Shown piece by piece: positions 18,606 through 26,570 of a stretch of 64,000 bases of DNA. The stretch's first letter is position 1; each line of letters opens with the position of its first letter. The notes beneath the pieces are model-generated. The model saw only the letters and a program-made list of their open reading frames with translations, did no database searches and was not told where the DNA came from. A program made the position numbers and the translations under genes. The stretch lies in the IMG/VR virus record IMGVR_UViG_3300035698_010745. One strand, given 5' to 3'. This stretch comes from an uncultured virus (IMG/VR IMGVR_UViG_3300035698_010745) (taxonomy: Duplodnaviria; Heunggongvirae; Uroviricota; Caudoviricetes).

Positions 18606-18685
18606 TGTCTCACCAGAAATACTTCAAGCCTAAAACATCGTGGAAGTTCCTGGACATCATTACCGGTATCATCTCAAACCGTTTA

Positions 18686-18748
18686 TCAGACTCTTAGCCG
18701 ATTATCGTTACCAGCCCGAACCACGTGGAGGTGGTCTGAACTCGGGCT
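18686..18748 (-). ncRNA. HDV-like (theta-type) self-cleaving ribozyme at the tRNA-Leu(TAG) 3' end
   Basis: P1 AGCCCGA/TCGGGCT, P2 TCAGAC/GTCTGA, P3 CAC-CTCCAC-GTG, P1.1 CC/GG, J4/2 GCTAAGA; P1 starts right after discriminator A73. Confidence 0.82.
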
Positions 18749-18829
18749 TGGTCGAGGCGAGATTCGAACTCGCACGCCCGAAGGCACCAGGTCCTAAACC
18801 TGACGTGGCTGCCGTTACACCACTCGACC
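18749..18829 (-). tRNA. tRNA-Leu(TAG), no encoded CCA
   Basis: TCAGG-TT TAG GA-CCTGG, long variable arm, A73 followed directly by the ribozyme. Confidence 0.9.
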
Positions 18830-18831
18830 AT

Positions 18832-18918
18832 TGGTGCTATCGGTGAGAGTCGAACTCACACGCCCTTGCGAGCACGGGCTTCTGAGGCCCGCGTGTCTAC
18901 CAATTTCACCACGATAGC
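18832..18918 (-). tRNA. tRNA-Leu(CAG)
   Basis: CGGGC-CT CAG AA-GCCCG, long variable arm, CCA. Confidence 0.92.
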
Positions 18919-18923
18919 ATAAT

Positions 18924-19056
18924 ATCGTCTCGCACCAATAGCCGCTGAGCGGTATGCCCAACCAACGCGGGCGTATTTCCCAGCTTTTTGTGGATGGCGG
19001 GAAATACTGGAATTGAACCAGTGAAGTATCGCTCTGCTGAAGCGTGCTTCGACGAT
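18924..19056 (-). ncRNA. yrlA: YrlA-like Y RNA with CCA inside the acceptor loop
   Basis: ATCGTC/GACGAT terminal stem with GTCGAAG; T arm ACTGG-TTCAATT-CCAGT; acceptor ATTTCCC-GCCATCCACAAAAAGCT-GGGAAAT; D arm GCCC/GGGC. Confidence 0.75.
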
Positions 19057-19132
19057 TGGTGGTGAGGGAGGAAATCGAATCCCCGACACCCTGGTCTTCG
19101 GCCAAGTGCTCTACCTACTGAGCTACCTCACC
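19057..19132 (-). tRNA. tRNA-Phe(GAA), atypical (C33, G37)
   Basis: CTTGG-CC GAA GA-CCAGG, A73, CCA. Confidence 0.82.
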
Positions 19133-19166
19133 ATAATGGGATGGCCCTGTGGTCTGGGCCATCCCC

Positions 19167-19190
19167 GTCGTATTCAGTTGTCAATGAACT
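19167..19190 (-). promoter_or_regulatory. rrn boxA-like sequence, also one arm of a long-range inverted repeat
   Basis: AGTTCATTGACAACTGAATACGAC resembles rRNA-operon boxA spacers; its last 13 nt are complementary to 14834-14846. Confidence 0.45.
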
Positions 19191-19193
19191 ATA

Positions 19194-19269
19194 TGGTGGC
19201 AACTACTGGAATTGAACCAGTGACGCGTAGATTTTCAGTCTACCGCTCTACCAACTGAGCTAAGCCGCC
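19194..19269 (-). tRNA. tRNA-Phe(GAA)
   Basis: Canonical 76 nt, GTAGA-CT GAA AA-TCTAC, CCA. Confidence 0.93.
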
Positions 19270-19416
19270 TTTTTCTCTTCACTCACTATCACACATCCCG
19301 AATGTTTCGCTCTTATCATCCTCCTCATGGACTCCGGGGCAATCGGCATCACCATCATTTCCGCGAGCTTCTTCCTTCCCTCTGGTGTGTCTAATATGTC
19401 CTTCATTCCATAAACC

Positions 19417-19452
19417 AAAAAACCCCTCACCGGCTTTCGCCGAGGAGGGGCT
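19417..19452 (-). terminator. attenuator terminator of the tRNA-operon leader
   Basis: AGCCCCTC-CTCGGC-GAAA-GCCGGT-GAGGGG followed by TTTTTT; its 5' strand can alternatively pair with GGAGGGGT in the leader ORF. Confidence 0.8.
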
Positions 19453-19474
19453 TCGTGTGTTCTGTTCGTTTAGG

Positions 19475-19552
19475 TCAGAACGCACCCCTCCGGCTGCGGC
19501 TATTAAGATAGCCACACAGCTTAAAGGACGAACTTGACAAACGTAATTTCAT
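19475..19552 (-). CDS. attenuator leader peptide MKLRLSSSSFKLCGYLNSRSRRGAF
   Basis: GGAG RBS 8 nt upstream of ATG; 25 codons, 24 distinct; last codons overlap the antiterminator strand. Confidence 0.72.
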   Translation of the reverse strand: MKLRLSSSSFKLCGYLNSRSRRGAF

Positions 19553-19639
19553 TTCAATCACTCCAAAGCCGCTAAAGTTCATTGGGCGTCTTGACAATAA
19601 TGGCCTTTGTACCCAGGGGACTCTCCCCATCGCAACAAC

Positions 19640-19669
19640 ACTATACACCTGGACCAGAAGTCCGTGCAA
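19640..19669 (-). promoter_or_regulatory. sigma70-like promoter of the tRNA/ncRNA operon
   Basis: TTGCAC-N18-TATAGT with upstream A-tracts (UP-element-like). Confidence 0.65.
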
Positions 19670-19677
19670 CCTTTTTT

Positions 19678-22175
19678 TCAACTTTTTTTCAGTGGCCCAA
19701 TGATGGCCTCAATCTCATCCGAAATCTCATTCATCCGGCGTATCCGAATGTCCCGGTTCTCATGGTCTTTGCCGTCCATAAGGGCCTGGAGGTCTCCATT
19801 CTGTTCACAAGATTCCGTAACCCTCATTAGTACGGCATCAACGGCTGGCCGCTTGTCCCCCTTGCGGCCCTCCAGAACCAGGGCCGACATTCTTGCCCCA
19901 GCTTGATGATACGACCACTCCCACAACTGTGCATACTCATCGGAACCAATACCCCGGTACGATGAAATTTCTCCCGCCTCATCCCAGTTCCACATCGTGA
20001 AGTAGTAACTCGGGTACTTGGGATTCCCCTGATAGTGCTTATTGAACTCTACCGTGGCCCACTCTTCATGGAAACCCGTACTCTGTATCCGCCTTGCAAC
20101 TTGCTTACGCACCGCTGGCCACATCGGAGAGTCGGGTGCCAGAACCAATGGTTGTCCCTTTAGGTGGTGCTCGGACATGCTTACCAGATTGGCGAACCCC
20201 TTGTCATGGGTAAGCGCGAACTCTCCCGTCGACATGTCGAAAACAACCTTCGGGTGACCATCAATCTCCCCCAGAAGATTGTACAACCGGAAAGATACCT
20301 TGAACGGGTTCAACGATGTAATCTCAATATTCATATTGTCCTAGCGTATTGCGTACTTCTCCGGGTTGTCGTGTCTCCGGCAATGATGATACCGAATGCC
20401 GTTACGGCGTGGGGTTCCAAAGTCCAATGGCTCTGTGATGCCCAACTCACTCCGCACGTAGTCCATCTCATCCGGCGTCAATGCTTCGTCGATGTTGAAA
20501 TCCGAGGTACACTCATCTATCCCCAATGCTTGCCTCCACGCCTGCCCCAAGCCCCACCTGAACTGACTCCAGCAACTCAGCGGCCCCCACGTTCCGGGCC
20601 ACTTCCTGGCAATTGCCAAGGCGTTCTCTATAAGGGCTGGACGCCCAATCCGCGCTACCGCTGCGTCGAATGACGCCAAGCCCCTAAGACGCCCCTTAAT
20701 GACGTCCTGTCGTGTTACACTTGGTCTTGCCCATCTCGTTGCCATAATTTTCCTCTCTACTCAAATTCCTGCACTTCCTCGTGCCCTGCATCCCGGTGCT
20801 GCTGAATCGTCCGGCGCACCCTGCGAGTTTCGAGTTCAAGAAACCCTAAAACGTTCGTACTGGTCTGCGTATTCCCATAATCGTGCCACCACGCCTTTAC
20901 ATCGTCCGACTGGACCAGGGCCTCCACGGCATCCACCCGCTTCTCCCAATCCTCTAGCCGTTCCCCCTGCTCTCCATAGATGTTGCAGGCTTTGTCAATC
21001 TGTCCTATCAACTTCCACTTCAAGGCTTCGGCCTCGGCGGTCAACGTCACGAGCCGAACCATGTCTTCAGATTGCTGTATGGCTTTTAATCCCATCCTTG
21101 ATTTCCTTTGCGTATCCCGCTTTCACACTGTCGGGGACGCCCTCTGCCCACTCCCCGTCAACGAGATGTCCAGCCGCGATGGCCTTCCTCGTCACACGCT
21201 GAGCAACACGGTCCACCTTTCGGCTATCTCCCCGCTCATCCGCAACTATAATTCTGGCCCACATGCCGGATGTAGTCTTATCCAGTTTGATACTCATGCC
21301 CTTACATTGCACCGCCTGCCTGGGATTCTGAAAGAAAGTGCCCGGTCCATCCAGAAGATAAGCCGGGCACCTACTCTTACGCCAGTCTGAGATGGCCGAA
21401 CAACCTCCTTCCGGCATCCCGCGTCATGGGGTAGAAGGCGATTGCCGTCCAACCGAAGTCCGGCGGGAAATCGTCATCTATGAAGTACGCGCTTGTCCCG
21501 GCCTGGAGTTCCAACTCGTGCATCTGCTCCTCAGTTGCCTGAAGAGTGATGATGGTACGGTGATTCTTCCGCCAGTCCTGGATTTCGGGGTCCTAACCGA
21601 ATTCCCCCATGAGTTCGGCAAGAGCATGACACGCCTGCGGTATCCGCTGGCCCTTGGTGAGTTCCTTTCGACATAGGATGTAGAGTGCCTTATCCATTAA
21701 GTAGGCCCTCCAATTCCTCGGCCAAGTCGCCCAGGTACATGTTGAGGTTGCCACGAGCCCAAGCCGTGTATCCGGTACCACCCGCATGCGGGGGCCGGTT
21801 ACGAAGCCGGTTGTGGAGGATGTGGGTGCCAGTGATGGCATCCTTGTCTGCCCAAGTACCCTGGCCCTCCTTGAAACCGGCAGCGAAGTCCGCCGTCAGT
21901 TCCTTGGTGGTGTGGTACTTGTGGCCCCGAGCATCGGCGTATCCGCAAAGGATGCCTTTGAGGTAAGCACACGCCTTACGATGGGCGATTTGTGCTGGTG
22001 TGAACGTCTTTTCGAGTATGGCTGTGGTCATTGTATTCTCCTTTGTTAGACCGTTAATGCCAATCAGTATGATACCAATCAGTACAACAGCCCTCACGGA
22101 GGGCCACGCGCCATCTATGTAAATCCGAAAATCTAACGTTTCTTCATCGTCTGCTCCAAAAAAAAGTTCTTTCAA
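19678..22175 (-). other. block of small hypothetical phage genes
   Basis: Minus-strand ORFs 19678-20334, 20341-20745, 20757-21095, 21067-~21297 and 21690-~22031. Confidence 0.6.
21305..21331 (-). promoter_or_regulatory. class-1 phage promoter motif TCAGAAT-N14-GCAATG
   Basis: Exact match; ATG only 7 nt downstream (leaderless-like). Confidence 0.75.
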
Positions 22176-22200
22176 ACTGCACTAATACTATACACCCCAC

Positions 22201-22227
22201 CATTGCACTGGAGTCAAACTATTCTGA
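22201..22227 (-). promoter_or_regulatory. class-1 phage promoter motif TCAGAAT-N14-GCAATG
   Basis: Exact match. Confidence 0.7.
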
Positions 22228-22235
22228 GATTATTT

Positions 22236-22898
22236 TCAGAACCGCTTGAAAAAGCCACCCCTGGGCGGTCTTTGGGCCTGCTGCGAAGGAGAGTCCAACT
22301 TGTCGTGAGACGTGGGAACTTTCGTTTTCATTAAGTATCTGTACCAGACGCCCCGGTCATCCTTGAGGAAAATTTCATTAGACTTCAACCACCGAATTCC
22401 CCATACGGTCTTACCAACACCCTTGAACAGCTCCTGGTCGGCCTTAGTCTTCGTACCGTAATCCACCTGAGAGAAATCAATCTGATTCAGGATGGGTGTC
22501 GAAGGTGGCTTCAGGGACACGGAATTTGTGTCTGCATATGCCGTCGACACGAGCGACAAGTCGGACCAGGACAAGTCCACGTCAGTCTGGGACAACGCTT
22601 CTTCCCCCATGGAGAGACCGTGATTTGTTCCCCAAGCTGTCGAGAAGATGATAGCTGCCGTCACCGGCCACAAACAGAATCGCTGCCAATTGGGGTATGG
22701 TGTTTTCACCACCGGGAAGACAGCCAGGAGGATACTGAGCACCAGCATGATAACCGGATAGCCCCAAGCCGGGGGATTGGCCATAGACACGCACAAGGCC
22801 GAATACAGCGTTGCTGTAATGATAGCCAGTGTCGGGCCGACGGCTCCCATGCCCATGATAGATGGGAGCTTCAGGTCGATGTATGATTCCTTTGCCAT
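22236..22898 (-). CDS. membrane protein with ~3 TM segments
   Basis: Part of ORF 22236-23114; likely start MAKESY after AGGAGG; hydrophobic N-terminal helices. Confidence 0.6.
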   Translation of the reverse strand: MAKESYIDLKLPSIMGMGAVGPTLAIITATLYSALCVSMANPPAWGYPVIMLVLSILLAVFPVVKTPYPNWQRFCLWPVTAAIIFSTAWGTNHGLSMGEEALSQTDVDLSWSDLSLVSTAYADTNSVSLKPPSTPILNQIDFSQVDYGTKTKADQELFKGVGKTVWGIRWLKSNEIFLKDDRGVWYRYLMKTKVPTSHDKLDSPSQQAQRPPRGGFFKRF

Positions 22899-22923
22899 AG
22901 CAACCTCCTGGGGTTTACGTCCT

Positions 22924-22950
22924 CTACCAAAAGGTGTGATTATCAAAGAA
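22924..22950 (-). promoter_or_regulatory. putative class-2 phage promoter TTCTTTGATA-N13-GTAG
   Basis: Motif shared with 6545-6570 and 15164-15189. Confidence 0.45.
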
Positions 22951-22954
22951 AAAA

Positions 22955-23233
22955 TCAACCTTGCTGCGCGAGAATGTGCGCACCCATCCGGCACGGGGTA
23001 TCCGGGCTTTGCTCTATCTGGCCATGCGAGAAGCACGGAGTATCCTTGTACCAGGACTTGTCGTGGAGGATGCAGGAGTATTCTCCGGGCTTGTCTCCAC
23101 GAAGGTGTGGGCACCGTTCCGAGCCATGTAATCCGATGCCCTTCAAGTTGTCTTGCGCCAATCCCTTGTCCGGGTCAACGACAATGACCACGAAAGAGGT
23201 CAAGCAACAGTAGCCGCATCGTAAGCACTTCAT
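22955..23233 (-). CDS. YkgJ-like CxxCxxCC metal-binding protein
   Basis: MKCLRCGYCC...CPHL...CILH...C. Confidence 0.65.
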   Translation of the reverse strand: MKCLRCGYCCLTSFVVIVVDPDKGLAQDNLKGIGLHGSERCPHLRGDKPGEYSCILHDKSWYKDTPCFSHGQIEQSPDTPCRMGAHILAQQG

Positions 23234-23415
23234 TTCACGAGGTCCACGCCCTCGCCACGTTCAATGGCTTCGAGAACATCCCTCCATCCCCGAACCATCG
23301 AGGATTCGAATTTCGGATTCCTCGTCTCCTGACGTTCCCGCTTCATCTGTTCGCGGACAGCAACGGAAAGGGCCACCTTTAGGTTTTCTTTTCGCATTCT
23401 CATGTCATTTCTCCT

Positions 23416-23457
23416 TGGAGGGTGTGACCGGGTTCGAACCGGCGACACTCGGGTTTT
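23416..23457 (-). pseudogene. 3' half of a split tRNA
   Basis: CCCGA-GTGTC-GCCGG-TTCGAAC-CCGGT-CACACCC-T-CCA; acceptor strand complementary to GGGTGTG at 24578-24584. Confidence 0.65.
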
Positions 23458-23737
23458 ACGAATTGGTATATGCGGTCCATTTCTTTTTTCGGCACACCCT
23501 CGTCACGAATTCATAGACGAACTCAGCAGTCATCCATTCCTTTTCACACAGATGGACAACCCACCCAAGCAAGTCAGATTTGCTTTTGATTCTGGACAAC
23601 TGAATATGGTAGGGATAGGCTATTTTTAGGGTCAATACATTGAGAGTCTTGTCATACTCGAATGCCTTATCCATTTCCCGTTGATGTTCTTCGCCGCTCT
23701 TTATCATATCTGCGACATCCATAAATTTCATCTTCAT
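23456..23737 (-). CDS. hypothetical protein
   Basis: 93-aa ORF with AAGGAG RBS; stop codon lies at the anticodon loop of the tRNA 3' half. Confidence 0.65.
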   Translation of the reverse strand: MKMKFMDVADMIKSGEEHQREMDKAFEYDKTLNVLTLKIAYPYHIQLSRIKSKSDLLGWVVHLCEKEWMTAEFVYEFVTRVCRKKKWTAYTNS

Positions 23738-23752
23738 CTTTTTTCTCCTTAT

Positions 23753-23795
23753 TGGAGGGTCATACGGGGGGTCGAACCCGTCTGGACGGATTTTA
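23753..23795 (-). pseudogene. orphan tRNA 3' half
   Basis: ACGGG-TTCGAC...CCCGT-ATGACCC-T-CCA; no matching 5' half seen. Confidence 0.55.
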
Positions 23796-24401
23796 GTTTA
23801 CATATGACACTGTGAACTTCCGTTTTCCTTTTCCTTTGTTCTTGCCACAAAATGTTGGAAGCTGTCCGTCACAGTTTCGACACACGAACCTCACATTATC
23901 AGGCTTAGTCCTGGAAGCATCTCCGTCTATGTGGTCATGGACAAGGGGCACGGATTTCCCCATCCACTCGGATGTTTCACAAATAGAACATTTCAATCCC
24001 TGAGTTTTTTCAAGCCACTTGCGAACATGTTTAGATGTCCCCTGATACTTTCCTCTATAAGTTCCATTTTCGGTTCCTTTAATCCATGCATCCACCCAGT
24101 CTCTATGGTTCTTGTCTTTTTGACACTTCGTATTGCAATACTTCCTTTTATTTCCGGTCAGCTTCGAACCACACCCTAAACAAAACCCAGGGCATTCACC
24201 ATGCCGACGAACCCCTCTGTTATTAAAAGATGCCGCACAAGAATGGTTGCAGAATCTCAGTCTCTTTTTCTCATAAGGCAACTCTAATCCGCATTGTTCA
24301 CATAACTTTGGGTTATTTTCATATTCAGACCTAATCTTTTTCCATTTCGCCTTTGTTGCCTCAGCCCCCTTTAAACTGCCTTCATGCATAAGCCTATTCA
24401 T
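23793..24401 (-). CDS. HNH homing endonuclease with Zn-finger repeats
   Basis: C..C...FCNHSC, YCNTKC and CSICETSEWMGKSVPLVHDHIDG...NVRFVCRNC motifs. Confidence 0.85.
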   Translation of the reverse strand: MNRLMHEGSLKGAEATKAKWKKIRSEYENNPKLCEQCGLELPYEKKRLRFCNHSCAASFNNRGVRRHGECPGFCLGCGSKLTGNKRKYCNTKCQKDKNHRDWVDAWIKGTENGTYRGKYQGTSKHVRKWLEKTQGLKCSICETSEWMGKSVPLVHDHIDGDASRTKPDNVRFVCRNCDGQLPTFCGKNKGKGKRKFTVSYVN

Positions 24402-24427
24402 ACTCGAACCCCCATCAGGTGTCTCAC

Positions 24428-24456
24428 AGAGTACACACCCACAGCTCGAATGTCAA
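24428..24456 (-). promoter_or_regulatory. sigma70-like promoter of the HNH gene
   Basis: TTGACA-N17-TACTCT. Confidence 0.55.
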
Positions 24457-24463
24457 AGAATTA

Positions 24464-24539
24464 TGGTGCCCACAGCGAGAATTGAACTCGCAACATCCGA
24501 ATTTAGAGTTCGGCACTCTACCAATTGAGCTATGCGGGC
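24464..24539 (-). tRNA. amber suppressor tRNA (anticodon CTA)
   Basis: Canonical 76-nt cloverleaf, GCCCGCA/TGTGGGC acceptor, CCGAA-CT CTA AA-TTCGG, A73, CCA. Confidence 0.88.
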
Positions 24540-24546
24540 ATTTGCT

Positions 24547-24584
24547 ATATCAGACCGATGTTCTGCCAACTGAACTACACACCC
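24547..24584 (-). pseudogene. 5' half of a split tRNA (GAT anticodon)
   Basis: GGGTGTG-TA-GTTC AGTTGGCA GAAC-A-TCGGT-CT GAT A; the structure stops there. Confidence 0.65.
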
Positions 24585-24819
24585 GTATTTATTCCCTTAA
24601 TATCAAGATAGCGGAACTGTTGCCCACACAAGAGACATGTATCAAGTTCCAACAACTCGAATGTGACTGGGTGCCTTCGCACGGCAAGTACGCCTTCGCC
24701 GCATACCGGGCAAGCCGACTTGTAGGCACTGTCTCCAACTCGCTGTAGCTCCGCATGCCTTACTTCTATAACTGGCTTGTCGAAATTCGTGCCTGCTTCC
24801 GTCTTCACGTGGTCACCTC

Positions 24820-25716
24820 CTAAAATACTATTGCCGCATCGTGTTCCCAGTCATACCGGACATGGCCGTCCGGGCAAAGGATAAGTTGCCGGATGGTGTT
24901 ACCCTCGGGGTTCCTCGTCAGGCAATCGCTCAGGCACACGTTCTGTTCGTTGCCTTCTCTTAACCGCCCTCGGGCGGCGTCCAGTACCTCGATGCCCGTG
25001 TAGTAGGCATAGACGTTGCCATGAACCAGGCTTTCCAGCCGGGTCGCCCGTCCGTCCTCGATGAACTTCTGGATTTCAGTCATGTCCACGGCATGTTCTG
25101 CTGTCGTCCACTTGTGGACTTCAGGAGCACGCCATGTAGCGCTGCCAACCTTGATTGACCGAAACGTAAGCTGTTCCACGCCCATGCCGTTTGCCACGTG
25201 AACGAACCGGTCCACCTTCTCGGGGTCATCAACCCACCCCTTGACACACATGCAAGTCAGCCGGACGGCCATCTCCTTCAGGTGGATGGCATTCACAGTG
25301 TCTCCCAAGGAATAGCGACCACCGTAGCATTCCGCGTTGATTCGGTCGTCCCAGTGGACACAGGACACCGCAATGGTTGTCACCCCGGCCAAATACAGAT
25401 TAATCGTAAGGTAGTCACTGAGCCTCATTCCATTGGTCTGGACTTCCACCAACGGAAAATACCCGCTAAGGATTTTGGCAGCCTGGATAAGGTGGTCAGG
25501 CCACAAAGCAGGTTCTCCTTTGCCAGTGATGAGGGCTGTCGTCGCGCCGTAATCCCGCGCCAACTGGGCACCCTTGCGAAGATTGCGCTCATTAAGAACG
25601 AACTGCGTATTCCGACTCCCAAGAGAGGCTGTCATCTTAGCCACGCAGAACGGGCACTTGGCGTTACAAGTGGCATTGCCAATGCACACAGAGTAAGTCT
25701 TGACGTATGGTCTCAT
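24820..25716 (-). CDS. radical SAM protein
   Basis: CNAKCPFC (CxxxCxxC), TGKGEP and VQTNG motifs. Confidence 0.85.
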   Translation of the reverse strand: MRPYVKTYSVCIGNATCNAKCPFCVAKMTASLGSRNTQFVLNERNLRKGAQLARDYGATTALITGKGEPALWPDHLIQAAKILSGYFPLVEVQTNGMRLSDYLTINLYLAGVTTIAVSCVHWDDRINAECYGGRYSLGDTVNAIHLKEMAVRLTCMCVKGWVDDPEKVDRFVHVANGMGVEQLTFRSIKVGSATWRAPEVHKWTTAEHAVDMTEIQKFIEDGRATRLESLVHGNVYAYYTGIEVLDAARGRLREGNEQNVCLSDCLTRNPEGNTIRQLILCPDGHVRYDWEHDAAIVF

Positions 25717-26531
25717 GCGTCATCCTTCCATTTGAATTCCTCGCCGAAATGCAACTCGGCATGGTTCGCCTCAAGGAACTTGATAATTCCACTGAACGAT
25801 TCGTCCGATTTTGCCGTTACCTTCAGGAGTTCCGTGACCTTCGCAGGCCGGGACTCAACCGGGCATCCACGCTCACCGTCCCCGAACTTGGCAAGAACAT
25901 CGTCGCCATGCGTATAATGCTCCCAGCACCCACCGAAGGTAACAACCCTGCGGCCCTTGCCATTACCCTTGTCGGCGAGATAAACATCGGCCCATGCACC
26001 GGGCTGTGAAAAATTTCCCGCAAAGTCCTCAATGCATTCCTCGTGCCGGTAAACGGGTCCATCCTCCGGGGGCTTGATGTGAGGGATAGCTGCAAGTCGA
26101 GCCTCCTCTTTGGCCTCCTCTTCGGCCCGGAAACGGTCGGCCTCATCCAGGAGGGGTTGCATATCGGGACGGGCAAGGATGGTCTTTAGGTACACCGACA
26201 GGCATCTTTGGTCGAGCGACATATTGATAGTTTGATACCAGTTCTGAAGCTCTTCCAATTCCGTGCGGATAAATCCGTGAGCCAGGAACGCCTTGATGGC
26301 CTCGATAGTCGGCTCATACGAAACGATGTTGCCATACCACCCCAATTTCTTGAAGCAGTAACAGCCCTTATCTGTCAGCCCAGCCTTCTCATGTGCCTCA
26401 TGCAGAAGCTCGCCGAAGATACATTCCCGACCGAACATGGTATCGGGACCACCCATCGAGTCAAGCCGATGAAGGGTATCGAGGGTCTTTCGCATTTCCC
26501 CCAAGACACACGATGTGTTTTTATCGCTCAT
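25713..26531 (-). CDS. hypothetical protein
   Basis: 272-aa ORF starting 7 nt after a class-1 promoter motif. Confidence 0.7.
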   Translation of the reverse strand: MSDKNTSCVLGEMRKTLDTLHRLDSMGGPDTMFGRECIFGELLHEAHEKAGLTDKGCYCFKKLGWYGNIVSYEPTIEAIKAFLAHGFIRTELEELQNWYQTINMSLDQRCLSVYLKTILARPDMQPLLDEADRFRAEEEAKEEARLAAIPHIKPPEDGPVYRHEECIEDFAGNFSQPGAWADVYLADKGNGKGRRVVTFGGCWEHYTHGDDVLAKFGDGERGCPVESRPAKVTELLKVTAKSDESFSGIIKFLEANHAELHFGEEFKWKDDA

Positions 26532-26538
26532 GTCCCTA

Positions 26539-26565
26539 CATTGCGCCAGGCCACCCGGATTCTGA
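26539..26565 (-). promoter_or_regulatory. class-1 phage promoter motif TCAGAAT-N14-GCAATG
   Basis: Exact match; leaderless-like spacing to ATG. Confidence 0.75.
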
Positions 26566-26570
26566 AGATA

